A stretch of 64,000 nucleotides of DNA. Origin: Chrysomallon squamiferum. Lineage: Eukaryota > Animalia > Mollusca. The translations under genes and the position numbers were made by a program. Shown piece after piece: positions 26,486-39,619 of the stretch (the stretch's first letter is position 1; every line of letters begins with the position of its first letter). The stretch covers positions 1,240,001-1,304,000 of the forward strand of contig CM022670.1 in NCBI GenBank assembly GCA_012295275.1, written 5' to 3'. The notes beneath the pieces are model-generated. The model had not been told where the DNA came from and did not search any database. It saw nothing but the letters and a program-made list of their open reading frames with translations.

Positions 26486-29400
26486 TCAGAAACTGACAAC
26501 AAACCAAGTTTTGTTAAAGTCCAAAGCTGTTGTTGCATGATAAAGAATATTTGTTAACACCACAATATATTCACAGAAAGCAAACTGGCTGTACACTGAA
26601 AATAAAATAAAATAAAATAAAATATATGTACATATCACATTTTGAAATATCTTGAAGAAATGCCCATTTATGTATTTACTATATATTTATATACACACAG
26701 ACACACTGATATTTTTTCAAGACATTTGCAAGCACACTATTAAGAGCTATAAAGATGATGATGATGTTATTGTGGAAATTTCTAGACTGCAGCTTCCAAG
26801 TGTGTATATTTGTTATTTTTGTCAGTTAAAAACAGTTTGGCTTTCAGATCATTCACATGATAACTGTTAAGTTGAAAACCTGTATTTTAAGAGAAAATGA
26901 CTTCCAGTTAGGACAGCATATTAAATAAGAAGCATTTCTTCAGCTCCTTTTATGAAAATAATTTTTAAAAACATAAAAGAAATATAATAATAATTAAGAT
27001 AAAATAAAACAAAATGAGAAAACAACACACACAAACACAGACAAAAAGTAAAAAACAATAAAAAGGAGAAAAATAAAATAAATATAAATAAATTAATAAT
27101 AATAATAATAATAATAGAAATAAATCAATTAAATAAAAAAATTTCTGAAAAAGATTTGTCTGGAAAATTCAGTTTACAAGAATATACTCAGTGACAACAA
27201 CAACAACAACAACAAAACAATATATATATATATATATTTAAAAAATAATAATTAAATATATAAAAATAACAACAGTAATAATATTATTTATCATAATAAA
27301 AGATTAGTTGTTATCACATGAACCTACTCAATTAAACTTGTGGGACTTCTTATAAACCTCAACAAAAGACACATAATGGTCACCCATATCCAAGATGGCT
27401 GTCATGCAGTAAGCAATGTGTAAAATAACTGCGATATAATCATACGCTATCATTCCACCAAACACTGAAATACAGAAGAATAAAACACTACTTTATCAAT
27501 TTTTGAATCTTTATTTTTCTCTATTAAATCAAGATGAACAACACACAGAGAAGAAAAAAAAAAATCAACTTGTGTTAGACAAATCCTGTAAATAAAACTA
27601 CTGCTACTTGTTATTAAGGGCTAATTTCCACTTCTTCCTTCTTGATTTTGTATTTTTTTTTTTTACTTGTGCACCTTTGGCTAAAACTTAGCTGTGTAGT
27701 AAATATCAATGCATGTAGATCAGATATTTTGAAAAAGAAACAGAAATTATGTCATTGATTCCTATTTCAGTTTACTTATTTGAGAGTTGTATGTGATTTT
27801 ATTACAAATAATTTTTTCATTTTATTTAATTTTCCATCTATTAATCCGTATTATCATCTTTATAAAATATAGATGACTGATCACAATTAAGGATTATTAA
27901 ATTCTCCATCATGTTCTTGATATCTTGTGTATAAACAATAGTTATGATACCTTAAAAATCAAGAAAATCTGTCACAGTAGATGCAAAACTGCTGTTTTGG
28001 CAATGAAATTGGGGGAATATTTTTATCACAAAATGCAATACACACATTTTGGCCATCTCTAGTTACTTAAGAAATCAGAAAAGTGGAAATTAGCCCCAAA
28101 ATACTAAGCAGATGATATCTCTTCTGTATTTCAGTATACATAATACAGAACAACAACAACAACAAATAATATCTAAATCAAGAAATATATTTAAAAAAAA
28201 AAAAAAAAATGTTAAAACCCAACAACATTTGGGGAGGAAAAAAAAAATAATAATAATAATAATAATAATAATTACGAAAACAATAAGAATTTTTTTAATA
28301 TACTTTGAATAAAGTTAGTAAGTACAAAAAAAACCAAGACTATAAAATCTGTAAATATATACTTAAAGTACTATTAGGCTATACAAATGAAAATTTAACA
28401 GTCACTTCCATGTTTTGAAAAACCACTGTAACTACCCTCTGGTAAATTTCAAGTCTAACCCTAATTCTAATAAACGTGTATTTAATATTAATGTCAAATT
28501 TATGAAATCCATTTTGGACAGTATACAAAAATGATATATTAATTACAATGTTTAAAAACTAGAATTTTAAAAAAAAGAAAACAAAAAAAAAACAGACTTA
28601 ATATGTTCAGCACATTATGTTTTGTTATCATATTGTCCTGTTAAAATATGTGTAACTTCTAGTTCATAACAGTGTACAGAAAAGTGTTTCAAGTGTATTT
28701 TAATTGAAAAATAAAATAAAATTTAATTTTTTTTTAAAACAAATATGTATACAAAAAATTGCATTTTCAAAAATATATTTTCTTAAATAAAATAAGAAAT
28801 ATAAATATATAAATATTTTTATTTAATTTATTAATTTTATTTTTTATTTATCTATTTATTAATTTTTTAATGAATTAATGTTTTTGTCCATTTTTTCTTT
28901 TATTGCTGTCTAATCTTAATTAGTTGTTATTTTTATATAATTTAATTTAATTTAATTTAATTTTATTATTTATTTATTTATCTGATCTAGAACATCATTT
29001 TCATCTAGTTTCACCACAATTATAAACATAAGTTGGCCAGTGGTAACAAATTAAAATATATAAAACAAGATTAATACTAATGGTAATAATAATAATAATA
29101 ATAGTAAACAAAAAAAAATAAAAATAAAAATATTAAAACCTAGATATTTCATAACACCTGTATTTCATTTTGCAATGATACACCTTAAGTCAGTATATTT
29201 TAAAATGAACAAAAATTACTTACCACCAGGCTCACAGTATTGGTTATGTCTATAGAAAAGGTAAATAGCCAGCATGAAGACCGATATATTTGTTAAGAAT
29301 AGCCATATTTTGTATCTGTATGATTGTCTCTCCTGGAAAATAAAACATTTAATACATTAAACAATACAATATGATATATTTATTATTTTATTCAGTATTT

Positions 29401-30746
29401 AGAATGATGTAGTTAGAACTGTTGAAAATAATTAATTATTTGGAATCATTTAAAATTATAATATATGAAGAACTGATTAAAATGATGATATATTTAGAAC
29501 TATTTAAGAATGATAATGAATGTAGTACAATTTAAAATGATGATGAATTTAAAACTATTTAAAATGATAATGTATTTTGGCAATGTATAGGGGTTTTGGG
29601 GTTTTTTACTTACAATTTGTGTCATAACTCTGCCATTAGAGCTTCGGCCCCAACCAAACACAAAAGTTGTGACACACATATAAGTAAGAGAAAACACCAT
29701 GAATGAAATAAAAGCTTTTTCATGAATTTCTGAAATAAACAGAAAATATATCATGTGAAATTATTAAATATTAGCCTTAACAGACTATGAAATAAAAATA
29801 AATAAAAATTAATTATTAATATTTTAGTATCAAGTTTGATGCAATTAACAATATTAAGTAATTACTAAAAAATAAAAAAAATAAAAATAAATTAAAAATA
29901 GTGTGGATTTTATAAATGAGTATGATGGCTGATATTAACTTATTAAAGAAAACCATTTTTCTTTAATAAATTTAAATATGACAATAAATTAACACGAATG
30001 AAAATTAAAAAGTAAAAAAAATAAAAATAAAAATAAAACAACAACAACAACACCAAACTAACCATAATTTTCTTTAGATGAGATGTAGGTTAAAACTACA
30101 AGTGCCAGATTTTCAATGATGTGGAGTAATGAGCAAAGAGCAGCCAGAATCTTGTACACATTTTGGTGTCTGCCAACATGAATTGAGGTGTGATATCTGT
30201 AGTAACACATAGCTAGCAAGATACGAGGGGTGGAGTGCAGACAGATACATATTCTCCACACGTACAACTGAGGTGCCTTAGAACCAATTGCAGAACTAAT
30301 TGTAGGCAAAAAGTTTGCTACCTGCAACAAAAACTGCTATTAGTTACTTAGTTTTACTATAATGTAATAATTAATTCTTGTTGGCTGAAATCTGAATATG
30401 AATGTCTGTTACTTTGACTGATTATTATCCTTATTTTAAGCTACATTTATTAAAAAAAAGTTAACTGTAAAGAAAAATAAATATAATGTTGTTTTTTTTT
30501 GTTTTTGTTTTTTTTTGTGTTTTTTTTACAATTTAGCTATTTCTTCTTTTGACAATGGAACAAATAATTATATGAAAAAAGGTTTATATAAATTTCAAAG
30601 GTAAATTCTGGTGTAATATAATAAATTAACCAATTAGTTGCACACACTCATGGGAAGTAAGAAGGCACTAGTTTTGGAGAAAGCACTTGTTGCATTTTTA
30701 TTTCTAAATTTTTAGAAACAATGCTAAACAAAACTGATCAAGGGCA

Positions 30747-30797
<51 letters not shown>

Positions 30798-31380
30798 CAA
30801 AAATAAAATAAATTCGTGCCTTCGTTCTTACCTCCCTTGATATAAAATAAATGTAAATGTTAGATGCTTGTGGTTATTAGACAAAACTGGTTTATAATAA
30901 ACTAAAAATAACCTGTAAAAAGTCTGATATTTTATGACTTATTAAAAACCAAAATAACAAGAAAAAGATCAATATTTAATATTATCAACTTAAAATTTTA
31001 AATTTGATTTTAACTATAAATATTAATTATTATATTAAAAATTTGTTTTTCTAATTAATCATTTGCTATTTTAATGTTCGTAATTTACTAAATTATTTGT
31101 AATACTATTTAGTTTAATTTAGTAATATTTAAAAACTAAATAAATAACTTAGTAAGTAAGTTACTTAGCTAACTTAGTTAGTAGTTTACTAAGTTAGTTA
31201 TAAAATAAATTATACAATTTGTATTTTTACCCTGCAATGTGTAGCTGTTGAACTTTCGAAGTCATAAATCACTGACCACAGTATGCAGAAAATGGCACCA
31301 AAAGAAGGTAAAAAGGCAACATATTTGATGAAGCCAGGTATTGAAAGTTTAAAAAATATTTGATCATCCACTTTAGACAT
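26486..31380 (-). CDS. PGAP2: Post-GPI attachment to proteins factor 2 (Frag1/DRAM/Sfk1 family), paralog A, 247 aa
   Basis: Exons 31380-31231, 30321-30063, 29729-29614, 29332-29224, 26595-26486; phases 0,1,0,1; 744 nt. MSKVDDQIFFKLSIPGFIKYVAFLPSFGAIFCILWSVIYDFESSTATHCRVANFLPTISSAIG...PQLYVWRICICLHSTPR...ENLALVVLTYISSKENYEIHEKAFISFMVFS...FYRHNQYCEPGVYSQFAFCEYIVVLTNILYHATTALDF carries the PGAP2 hallmark motifs (THC-NFLP-S-AIG, LH-PR, HE-F, RHN-YCE-G, EY-N-H-DF). Confidence 0.95.
27328..27464 (-). CDS. PGAP2: Alternative (duplicated, diverged) terminal coding exon of PGAP2 paralog A
   Basis: Acceptor gtatttcag, phase 1 like the canonical last exon, open to TGA: (V)FGGMIAYDYIAVILHIAYCMTAILDMGDHYVSFVEVYKKSHKFN*. 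Aligns without gaps to VYSQFAFCEYIVVLTNILYHATTALDF. Confidence 0.75.
29395..29580. repeat. Degenerate minisatellite (about 27-bp unit) in PGAP2-A intron 3
   Basis: About 6-7 diverged copies of tttaaaatgatgatgaatttagaacta. Confidence 0.7.
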
Positions 31381-32108
31381 GTTTCTGCTGAAGTGTTCCG
31401 GAAACGGGAAAGAAAACTTAATGCTATCAAACTATCCGATAATTTCTGTCCTTAAATCTTGTAATCATTGCTGCTGCGAGGCCATATCATATTATGAATT
31501 ATCACTAGCAGCTCAGATTTAGATATTAACAAAAATTATTTAGGTACAGTTCGTCTCTTGATTTTCTTAGCATTATAAATCTTCAGTCTTTAATAATATT
31601 ATCCTATTAACCTTTAATAATAATAATTAATAATAATATCATCCGATGGACGAAAGCGGTAGATTAGTATCTCCTTTTTACAATTTTAGGTTCTAAGGTT
31701 GTTGATATTGTAAATGTTAAGAATATTATTTCATAACCTGAAGTATATAAATAAATAAATATATAAAAATAACGGATTTTTAAAATCTTATCTTCAATTA
31801 ACTTTATGCGCAACATAATTATATAAAGTAAGTTGTATTATCGCCTTCCGTCGGATTTTTTCGCGAATGTATCCGAAGTATTCCGAATGAAGATTTGTGG
31901 GTAACAGGAAGTTGAGTTAAATGACGTTTCAGATGTTTTGACACGTACAAAACAATGTTTAGCAGCTATTCATTTGTAACTTGATCAATGTTCATTTTAT
32001 TACAAGTAAATAGATGCTGTCAGCATCTATCTTACTAAAATAGTCGAATGTTTTTAATTTATTTGTACTGGCCAGCTCGCCCCTTTTTCGTAAATGTAAA
32101 CAAACAAA
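31381..32108. promoter_or_regulatory. Probable bidirectional promoter, PGAP2-A / ATG13
   Basis: Divergent start codons only 728 bp apart, locally CpG-retaining, with ETS-like ccggaaa (about 31398) and caggaagt (about 31905) and a CRE-like atgacgt (31921). Confidence 0.7.
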
Positions 32109-35100
32109 ATGGCAGCTGGACGATTGAATGCCCAGGATAAGAAAGACCTAGAAAAATTCACGAAGTTTTTCATATTTAAAAGTCTTCAAATAATTGTTCA
32201 GTCTAGACTTGGAGAGAAAATTAGAACAAAGTCAAAGCCATTTTCTTCAGGAGCTGACTGGGTAAAAAGCAACTGAAATATTTTTAATTGTTTCATACTT
32301 TATTATTTTAATATTTGTTTACATAATTACACTAATTTACAGACCGATGATATATCTCTGTTTTTAATAATTCACATTCTCACATATTGACAATTACAGA
32401 TGAACAAACAATGAAACATGTAGCCCTAAGCATAATATTTGTAAAAGAAACCTTGAATTGCATCAGTTGTGAACTTGAATGTAAATGAGAAATATTAAAT
32501 CTAAACAATACATTTTTATAATTATAAATCAAATCTGTTATATTTGTATTGTCACTGAATCTAGTTTTTCTATACTGTGAACTTGTTTGATCTGTTATTA
32601 ATATTTAATGACATTTAATGATACAGACTGACAATAATATATATTTAACTTACTTTTTATTTGTAAAGTATGCCCTACCTTTGCTCACTGTTTGTTTGGA
32701 TACAATTATACTTATTCTAATTTGGTTTAGATGCAAGCCAGTAGTAACAATAATATTAACTATTACTTTACAGTTTAATTTGGCTATTCGGGACATTCCT
32801 GAAGTCCATGCTGAAGCAAAGAAAGTGTTAGCTGGTCAGCAGCATGTTCTCAGTCAGAATGTTTGTGTGGAGATCTCACTGCGTACATCAGAGGGTGACA
32901 CCATGATGCTGGAAACATGGTACATCGGCCTGAACCAAGACCAACCGGACCCAAATGTTCGGGTTTCATTTGCCGTGTACAACAGAATGGGAGTCGCCCT
33001 GAAGTCACTGTTCAGTGTGTCTCGTGTACCTCCTGCATACAGGCTGGCCAGACAGCAGGGACTGAATGGTGGGGACTATGTTATATGCTACAGAATATAC
33101 CTGGGTGATCCACAGTTCTTTCAGCTGGGTGATGGATATCAGATCACAAAGGTGGGAGCTGTCCCCACACCCACTGGGACCATTGTGGTGAATCTTGCTT
33201 ACAGAACAAAACTGTTGATATCTTCTCACAAAGCTAGTAAGGAGGTTATGTTTAATTTGAAAGATGATCATTTCAAAAGAGATGCCAGTCCGAAGAGACC
33301 TACTACTCCTAAACCATGTATTCTGGGATTCAGAAGGTTTGTATTTTTATTTTTAATACTTAATGTTGTCATTCAACATCTACATTATTAGCATGTAACC
33401 CATTCAGTTTTATTTTCCATTTATTTGTTATTTGTACTCCATGAATGAGTGAATTCATTTCATCAGAGTTGAGCAGATTTTGGATAATATTTTGATGTCA
33501 GAAGTTTGATTTTTGTCCTTTTAACAATATTAAAAATATTATCTGCTGCCATATTTCTCTCATTTACTTTTATTTGTTTTGCAGCAATGAGCCTTATATG
33601 TGCACTTTCTCATAATCAGGAATACATACATACATACATACATACATATATCTGCACACACATATATATGTATATCTGCTAGCCTTTCAGGGTATGAACT
33701 GGGACATTTTTTTTTCTGTCCAGTCAAGCCACATTTTGACTTACCTGTTGAACTTTTGAATGCAGTTTAAAAACATGTTATCATGTCATAAAAACTATAA
33801 TAACAACACAAAAGAAGGAAACAGAACTTTAGTTTGTATTAAAAAGTATTGTAATTAAATTTTTGTTTTGTTGTCAAGAGATCCATTCAATCAAACAGCT
33901 GGAATGTTTTACCAAGGCTCAGTCTTGGAATGAATTAATTGCTTTTATGGCCAAAATGACGATAGCAACCAATAACATGTTTATCATAATGAAATTACAT
34001 GTATATAACATGTTTGCAACACATGTTCATTAGATGTAGGCACATGGTAAAAGAGGAACAACAACATGTTTGTTGACAGGCCACCTGTCAAGAGTTTAGT
34101 TAATTTGAACTTCCCACAATGCTCACACATGTACAGGCAGTGGTAGTTGTTGTTGACATCATTGTCATCTTTGGGTGTTTGATATATACAGTATACACCA
34201 TAAGAAATTAAAACATTTCAACCCAGTGTAATACCAGAAAACAACAGGGCCCTAAGACATACATTGCTGAGGTATTCCAGTTCAATCTACAAATATATTT
34301 ATGTGGCCTGAAGTTTTCCAAATACTTTCAGACTGTTCGATAGACTGGAGAAGTGGACACTTTATGTGCTATTTAGGTTTAGTCAAACAGATACTAGAAA
34401 ACAATGAGCAAAAGATAAGTTGCCAGTCTCTTACAAATGTAAGTCATTTCAATACTTCATGCAATATGCAGACATTTTTGCTTGCCAGGTGGGCAACACA
34501 TGATACATTTTGACTTGCCAAATACTGATCCAACTCTCCATAAAGAGCACAACCTGGTCTTTGAAAAAAAACAAAACTAATAAAATTAATATAAATTTAC
34601 ATAACAAATCTGAAAATGTTAAGTTTAAGTATATTAACAATCCCTTGCTGATTAAGCATGACATGAATTGATGAAATTTGAATTATTATTAAAATAGGTT
34701 CAAGAAGTATTATTAAACAAAATGTTTGATAAATTCATTCATCTGTGTTTCCAGTTTTAATAGTGGGACATTTTTATTACAATATTAGTGTTATTACTGA
34801 TAATAAAATGGTAACAGATGTATTGTAATTAGGCAGAACATGTAGAATGTATAATATACCTGTATTATGTGTGTGTGTAATTTACACCTAAAGCCAGAAT
34901 TGATTGATTGTAAATTAGAAAGAATTCCAGGTCTAGACTGTTCATTATTTTTGTTAGTTTTGAAAACTGCTGTAATTTATGCAGTCCTGAAGTTGAAGAA
35001 ATGAATAATGTTTAGTTATTTATTTAATTGTTGGAAGAGGAAAATTATTTGTCTATTTATTGTATGTACACAAGTATTTTATTTCACCAATAAACATATA

Positions 35101-37947
35101 TTAATGTTGATAATAGTGAGTGTTTGTGTAAATTTAAATTGTGTTGTTAAAAGAAAATGGTTAGATCGGTTAAAAAAACCCCAAATAAACAAAGGATCTG
35201 AAAAACAGAAACAATTTCTCATAAATTTTGATTCTTTCTCATTCGCAGTCATAGACTTGTATCTGTAACAAAGAAATCTTCCACCTGCATTCTGTAAATT
35301 TTATTAAATTGTTTGTTTATTTTACAGAAATAGCTCCACTGATGAGTTTGGTGCAGCAGGCTATGACAGGCAGGATCTGTGTTCTACGACTTTCTCCACC
35401 AGCCCACCTGAAGGAGTTCACTTTGAAAACAACAATGTCACATCTGCTCAGCCCATGGCAATCAATGGAAAATCAGCAGAAAACATCGAGGACCAGAAAT
35501 CACAAAGGTTTGCTTTTCTTTAATGATTTATTTAAGGTTTGCGTAGATGATAAAATGAATGGTATTGCATAAAGCATAGATTTTTAAAAAAGATGATTAT
35601 TATAAATGTTGTCTACCTTTCATTTTTTTAAAGAAGGATTATTATTTCTTTGGTTATTATTTTTACTTTTATTTATTTTGTTATTACTTCTGAAACAGTT
35701 ATCCTGTTATTATGTAAATGTAGAGGATCCAATTATTTGTCTAAATTTTTTATAATGTTATTAAATATGGATATACAATTATTATTTTTATTTCTTTTCA
35801 TATATTTTCATCTAAAAATACAAAGGCTAATATGTAATGATTTATTAATAATATATGATTATATTATTTCAGTATTTCTTTATTTATAAACTGAAATATA
35901 TTTTTAACTAATTTTGCATATTTGTAACCAGTGGATTTTTTTTAATTTAAAAACATAAAATTTCATTCTTTATCTTTTTCTTTATTTCTTTACTTATTCA
36001 CTTTTACAGTAATCCAGAAAGAGGGGAAAGTTTTGGGAATCTGCAGAAAGTCGGAGCATTCGCAACACACAAAAGCATGAAAGATCTTAAGGGTGATGTT
36101 GAGGATGTGCCATTTCAAAGTCTTCTCAACACCAACAAAGCCACAAATATTGCTGAGTGTGCTGCAGCTGCTGCTGCTGCTGCTGCTGTCTCCAAAGCCT
36201 CTCTCACACCAACAGCAAGTTCGAACAAAATGCAGACATCAAACACAGATGAGGTGAACAAGAGTAATGGCAGTGAGGCAGCCCTTGATGACTTTGTCAT
36301 GGTAGAATTGGTAAGTGTCTTTCATTCATTCTAATGAACACAGTATGATGTTGTATTTAAAATTCAGATATGGTTGGTCAATTAGACAATTATTTCTATA
36401 ATTTATGAGTATTCTTTCTTATTAATCTTCATCAGTAGTTATGGGTCATTCCATGTCAAATCACCTAATGGGTTAAACCCAACCATCTCAGATTTTTATC
36501 AAACTTGGTATACTTGTTGACTGGGATCCCACAGCACCAAATCTGAAATATTAACCCAATCGGATCAGTGGTGTGGGAGATGGCCCACCGAATTTTGAGA
36601 TTTTTGGCAAAAATGGGCATGAACACCAACCTTTGAACCCTCATATCTCAGGAACTACTGGGCCAATCTTCATAAAATTGGTACTGTTGAAAAGGCAATA
36701 TGACAAGGATTCCAAATCTGCCATTTTTGTTCAGTTTGGAAAATACTGGGGGTACATTTACCTTTTGACCTTTGCTATGACCTTGAAATTGACCATGTGG
36801 ATGACGTGACCTTGAGATGTTAACTAAAACATATAAAAGTTTCCTGGGTGTAATATTTTTTGTTTAGCCACAATATAGATTTAAAAAATGCACATACATG
36901 AAAATAACACCTTTTCAGCCATTAACATCTGATTAACTAAAACCTGAATGATCAATTCTGGATGCTAGGAATCACCATCTTTCTTGATCATTGAGTAAGA
37001 CATTGTAGGCCTACATGTATGCATAAAGTTCACATAAATTTGAGAGAACTAGGTGTTTCTGATGCTTAACCTTCTCACCATCTGTTTCAAATGCTCACTG
37101 TATCCTTCATTCCCGGACATATTCTACTGTTCTTTTCACTTTCATGAAACTGGACTATTTCCTCCTTCAATTCATTTGACAGAACTTTCCCTTTGGGCCA
37201 ATTGGGCTAAAATTTCAGATTTGGTGCTGTGGGATCCCAGATAACAAGTATACCAAGTTTTATAAAATCTGAGACGGTCGGGTATAAATTTCTTTTTTTG
37301 GGGGGTGATTTGACATGGAATGACCCTTATATATCATTCAGTTTAATGTTGGTTAAATTATGGTGTTTTCAGTGGACCTAGATTTCATATTTAAACATGA
37401 CAATGCATCCATCAATAGTGATTATATAAATCTATGAGTTATTCAGTTCAGTTATGAACTAATCTTGTCATATTATTATTTTTATTCATACAAAATATAT
37501 GTAGGTGGGACTGGGTATCATATTTAAGCACAACAGTACTTCCATTAATAAAGATTATATAAATCCTTATAGTTGCAAAGTTATTCAGTTTAGTGTTGAT
37601 TAATCTTGTTGCATTATCAATTTATTATTATTTATTCATGCAAATCAGTCCACAGAAGATTAATTTTTCAGTAGTACTGGTTCTTGTATTTAAATATGAC
37701 CACATTTTGATTTCAAATTTGTTTTTTCATTCAGAAAACACCCTTTGCTGGAGTTGATGCCAATACTGACCTTGGTCAGTTTTATCGCGACTGTCAGGGG
37801 GCACCCCAACTCAGCATGTTTGAACAGGAGCCAGAGTTTAATGATGCTCTTGAAGAGGTGACCTCACAGCTTGCAAGATTTGAATCGGACATGAAAGAAT
37901 TTGATGATTTTGTTCATTCTTTACGTGATACTGACTCAAGTGACTAA
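32109..37947 (+). CDS. ATG13: Autophagy-related protein 13, 469 aa, 5 exons
   Basis: Exons 32109-32261, 32774-33336, 35328-35507, 36010-36310, 37735-37947 (1410 nt). HORMA domain [61 protein letters not shown]...[19 protein letters not shown]...[29 protein letters not shown]; LIR motif DDFVMV; C-terminal KTPFA...[15 protein letters not shown]...[10 protein letters not shown]. Confidence 0.97.
36443..37326. mobile_element. 884-bp non-autonomous DNA transposon (MITE) with long TIRs and 4-bp TSD TTAT
   Basis: Left end gggtcattccatgtcaaatcacc and right end ggtgatttgacatggaatgaccc form a perfect 23-bp inverted pair. Imperfect inverted similarity continues to about 120 bp (ctcagattttt..aaacttggtatacttgtt..ctgggatcccacagcaccaaatctgaaat). 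ttat at 36439-36442 and 37327-37330. No transposase ORF. Confidence 0.93.
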
Positions 37948-39613
37948 AAGATTGAGTTCTAGTTTTCCATATGAAAGGAATATCTTGACCAAAGCTAAAA
38001 AAATTCATTTAAAGATGTGAATTAGGTGGAAATATTATTGCTTGAGTGTATGGAACATTTATTACAGTGTGTTAGACTGGGAAAAAAAAAATTACCTGAA
38101 TATATGAAACATTTGTTGTATATAATTGTTAATATTAATGTTATTGTGTTGTTATTTATTGTGTATTAGTCATTCTGTTGTGAAATAAGTGAATTTTGCT
38201 CACAGCTTTGTTCAGCATTCACATCCTAATTTTTTTTTTTTTAGAAATGAAAGGCCTATGTTTTTAATTTAATTATTATTATTTATTATTTTTTTAACTT
38301 ACTCTTTTAACATGAATTTTACTTACAAATAATGTTGTTGTATTATTATCTATCTTTTGGAATGTGACTAACATTAAAAAGTTAATATTTTATACAGTTG
38401 TCTTAAGAAGTATTTTCAAAATTTCATTATTTTAAAAAATATATTTTTTGTTTTTTTGTTTTTTTATATGTTAAATTTAAATTGCTGAAATACAAATCTG
38501 ATTGGTGCATCACTGTTTTAGCTTCTTTTTTGTTTGTTTTTATTCAGTTTTTAATATTATTTATTATTTTTTTTTTTTTTGTATCTGTATCCCTGTTTCT
38601 TAAATGAAGTTGATTTAAAAAATAACAAGTCATTATTATATTTGTCATCAAGAATTTAAGAAATAATCTTTTTATTTACAAAAATCTATTATTAATCTGT
38701 TTAATTCTGCATTTAAATAATTTAATTATTTCCAAAAAAACAAAAACCCAACAAATTAATTGATAAACAAAAAATATATTAAAAATAAATTGTCAGGTAG
38801 TTAAATTAGAGAAACCACAATTTCTATTTTCTTAATTAATTTGTAGTGGCATAATACTACATATATATATATATGTCTGTACATTGTAAATATTTCCATT
38901 CTCCACAAAATAATTCTGCAACTACAAGTGACATTTAAAATATTTATTTATATTAACATAGTGAATAATGTATACTTATTTGAAAGTTCATACGTTACAT
39001 TCATTAGTTTTCCAAAAGTAGCAGAATAGCCAACATCATTTATGTTAAAAATGTCTATATGTGATAAATTAAAATTACAGCTGTTATTGTAGTCTTCATG
39101 TGTTTATCTTTGGATGTCAAAGTACATATCTTTACAGCTGTTTACATTACAATGTGTGAAGTGGTTATATGACTTGTAAAGTTATTCCAAGTATGGCTAT
39201 TGAATCAATAAACTTTTTTTTTAATGTCTTTTTAATGTCTTCTTAATTTCTTAACAGTCATAAGTAAGTTATTTACCTTGTCATGTGTAATTTAATCATT
39301 GAATGTTCAGATTAAATCCAGTAATGTTAAACAAAAATTCAGTTGTGTTATATCTACATCTGATGTGCAGATAGGCCAAACGATTTGTGATAAAACATTT
39401 TAGGGTGTAATTCCTTTACATGTGGCAGAAGAATAATTTATACTTTTATTTTTTCTGTTTTGTGTTTTTGTTAAAGTATTATAAATAACTGTATGTTAAA
39501 TGTAAATTAATGTTATCCTTTGCTGCTAGTAACACTGGTATTAAAATTTAATTGTATGCCTTGTTGTAAATATTCATCTGGCATGCCTTGTTATATATGC
39601 CTCATTGTTGCTG

Positions 39614-39619
39614 AATAAA
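39614..39619 (+). terminator. Candidate polyadenylation signal for ATG13
   Basis: AATAAA followed by a T/GT-rich tract, at the point where T-rich skew gives way to A-rich skew. Confidence 0.4.

Noticed and set aside
32095-32105. FoxO-like GTAAACAA site next to the ATG13 start codon
   Set aside because: A short AT-rich motif expected by chance in this background, and it probably lies in the 5' UTR.
36573-37244. Short ORFs inside the TIR element as a possible transposase
   Set aside because: Under 80 aa with no DDE or DNA-binding motifs; the element is non-autonomous.
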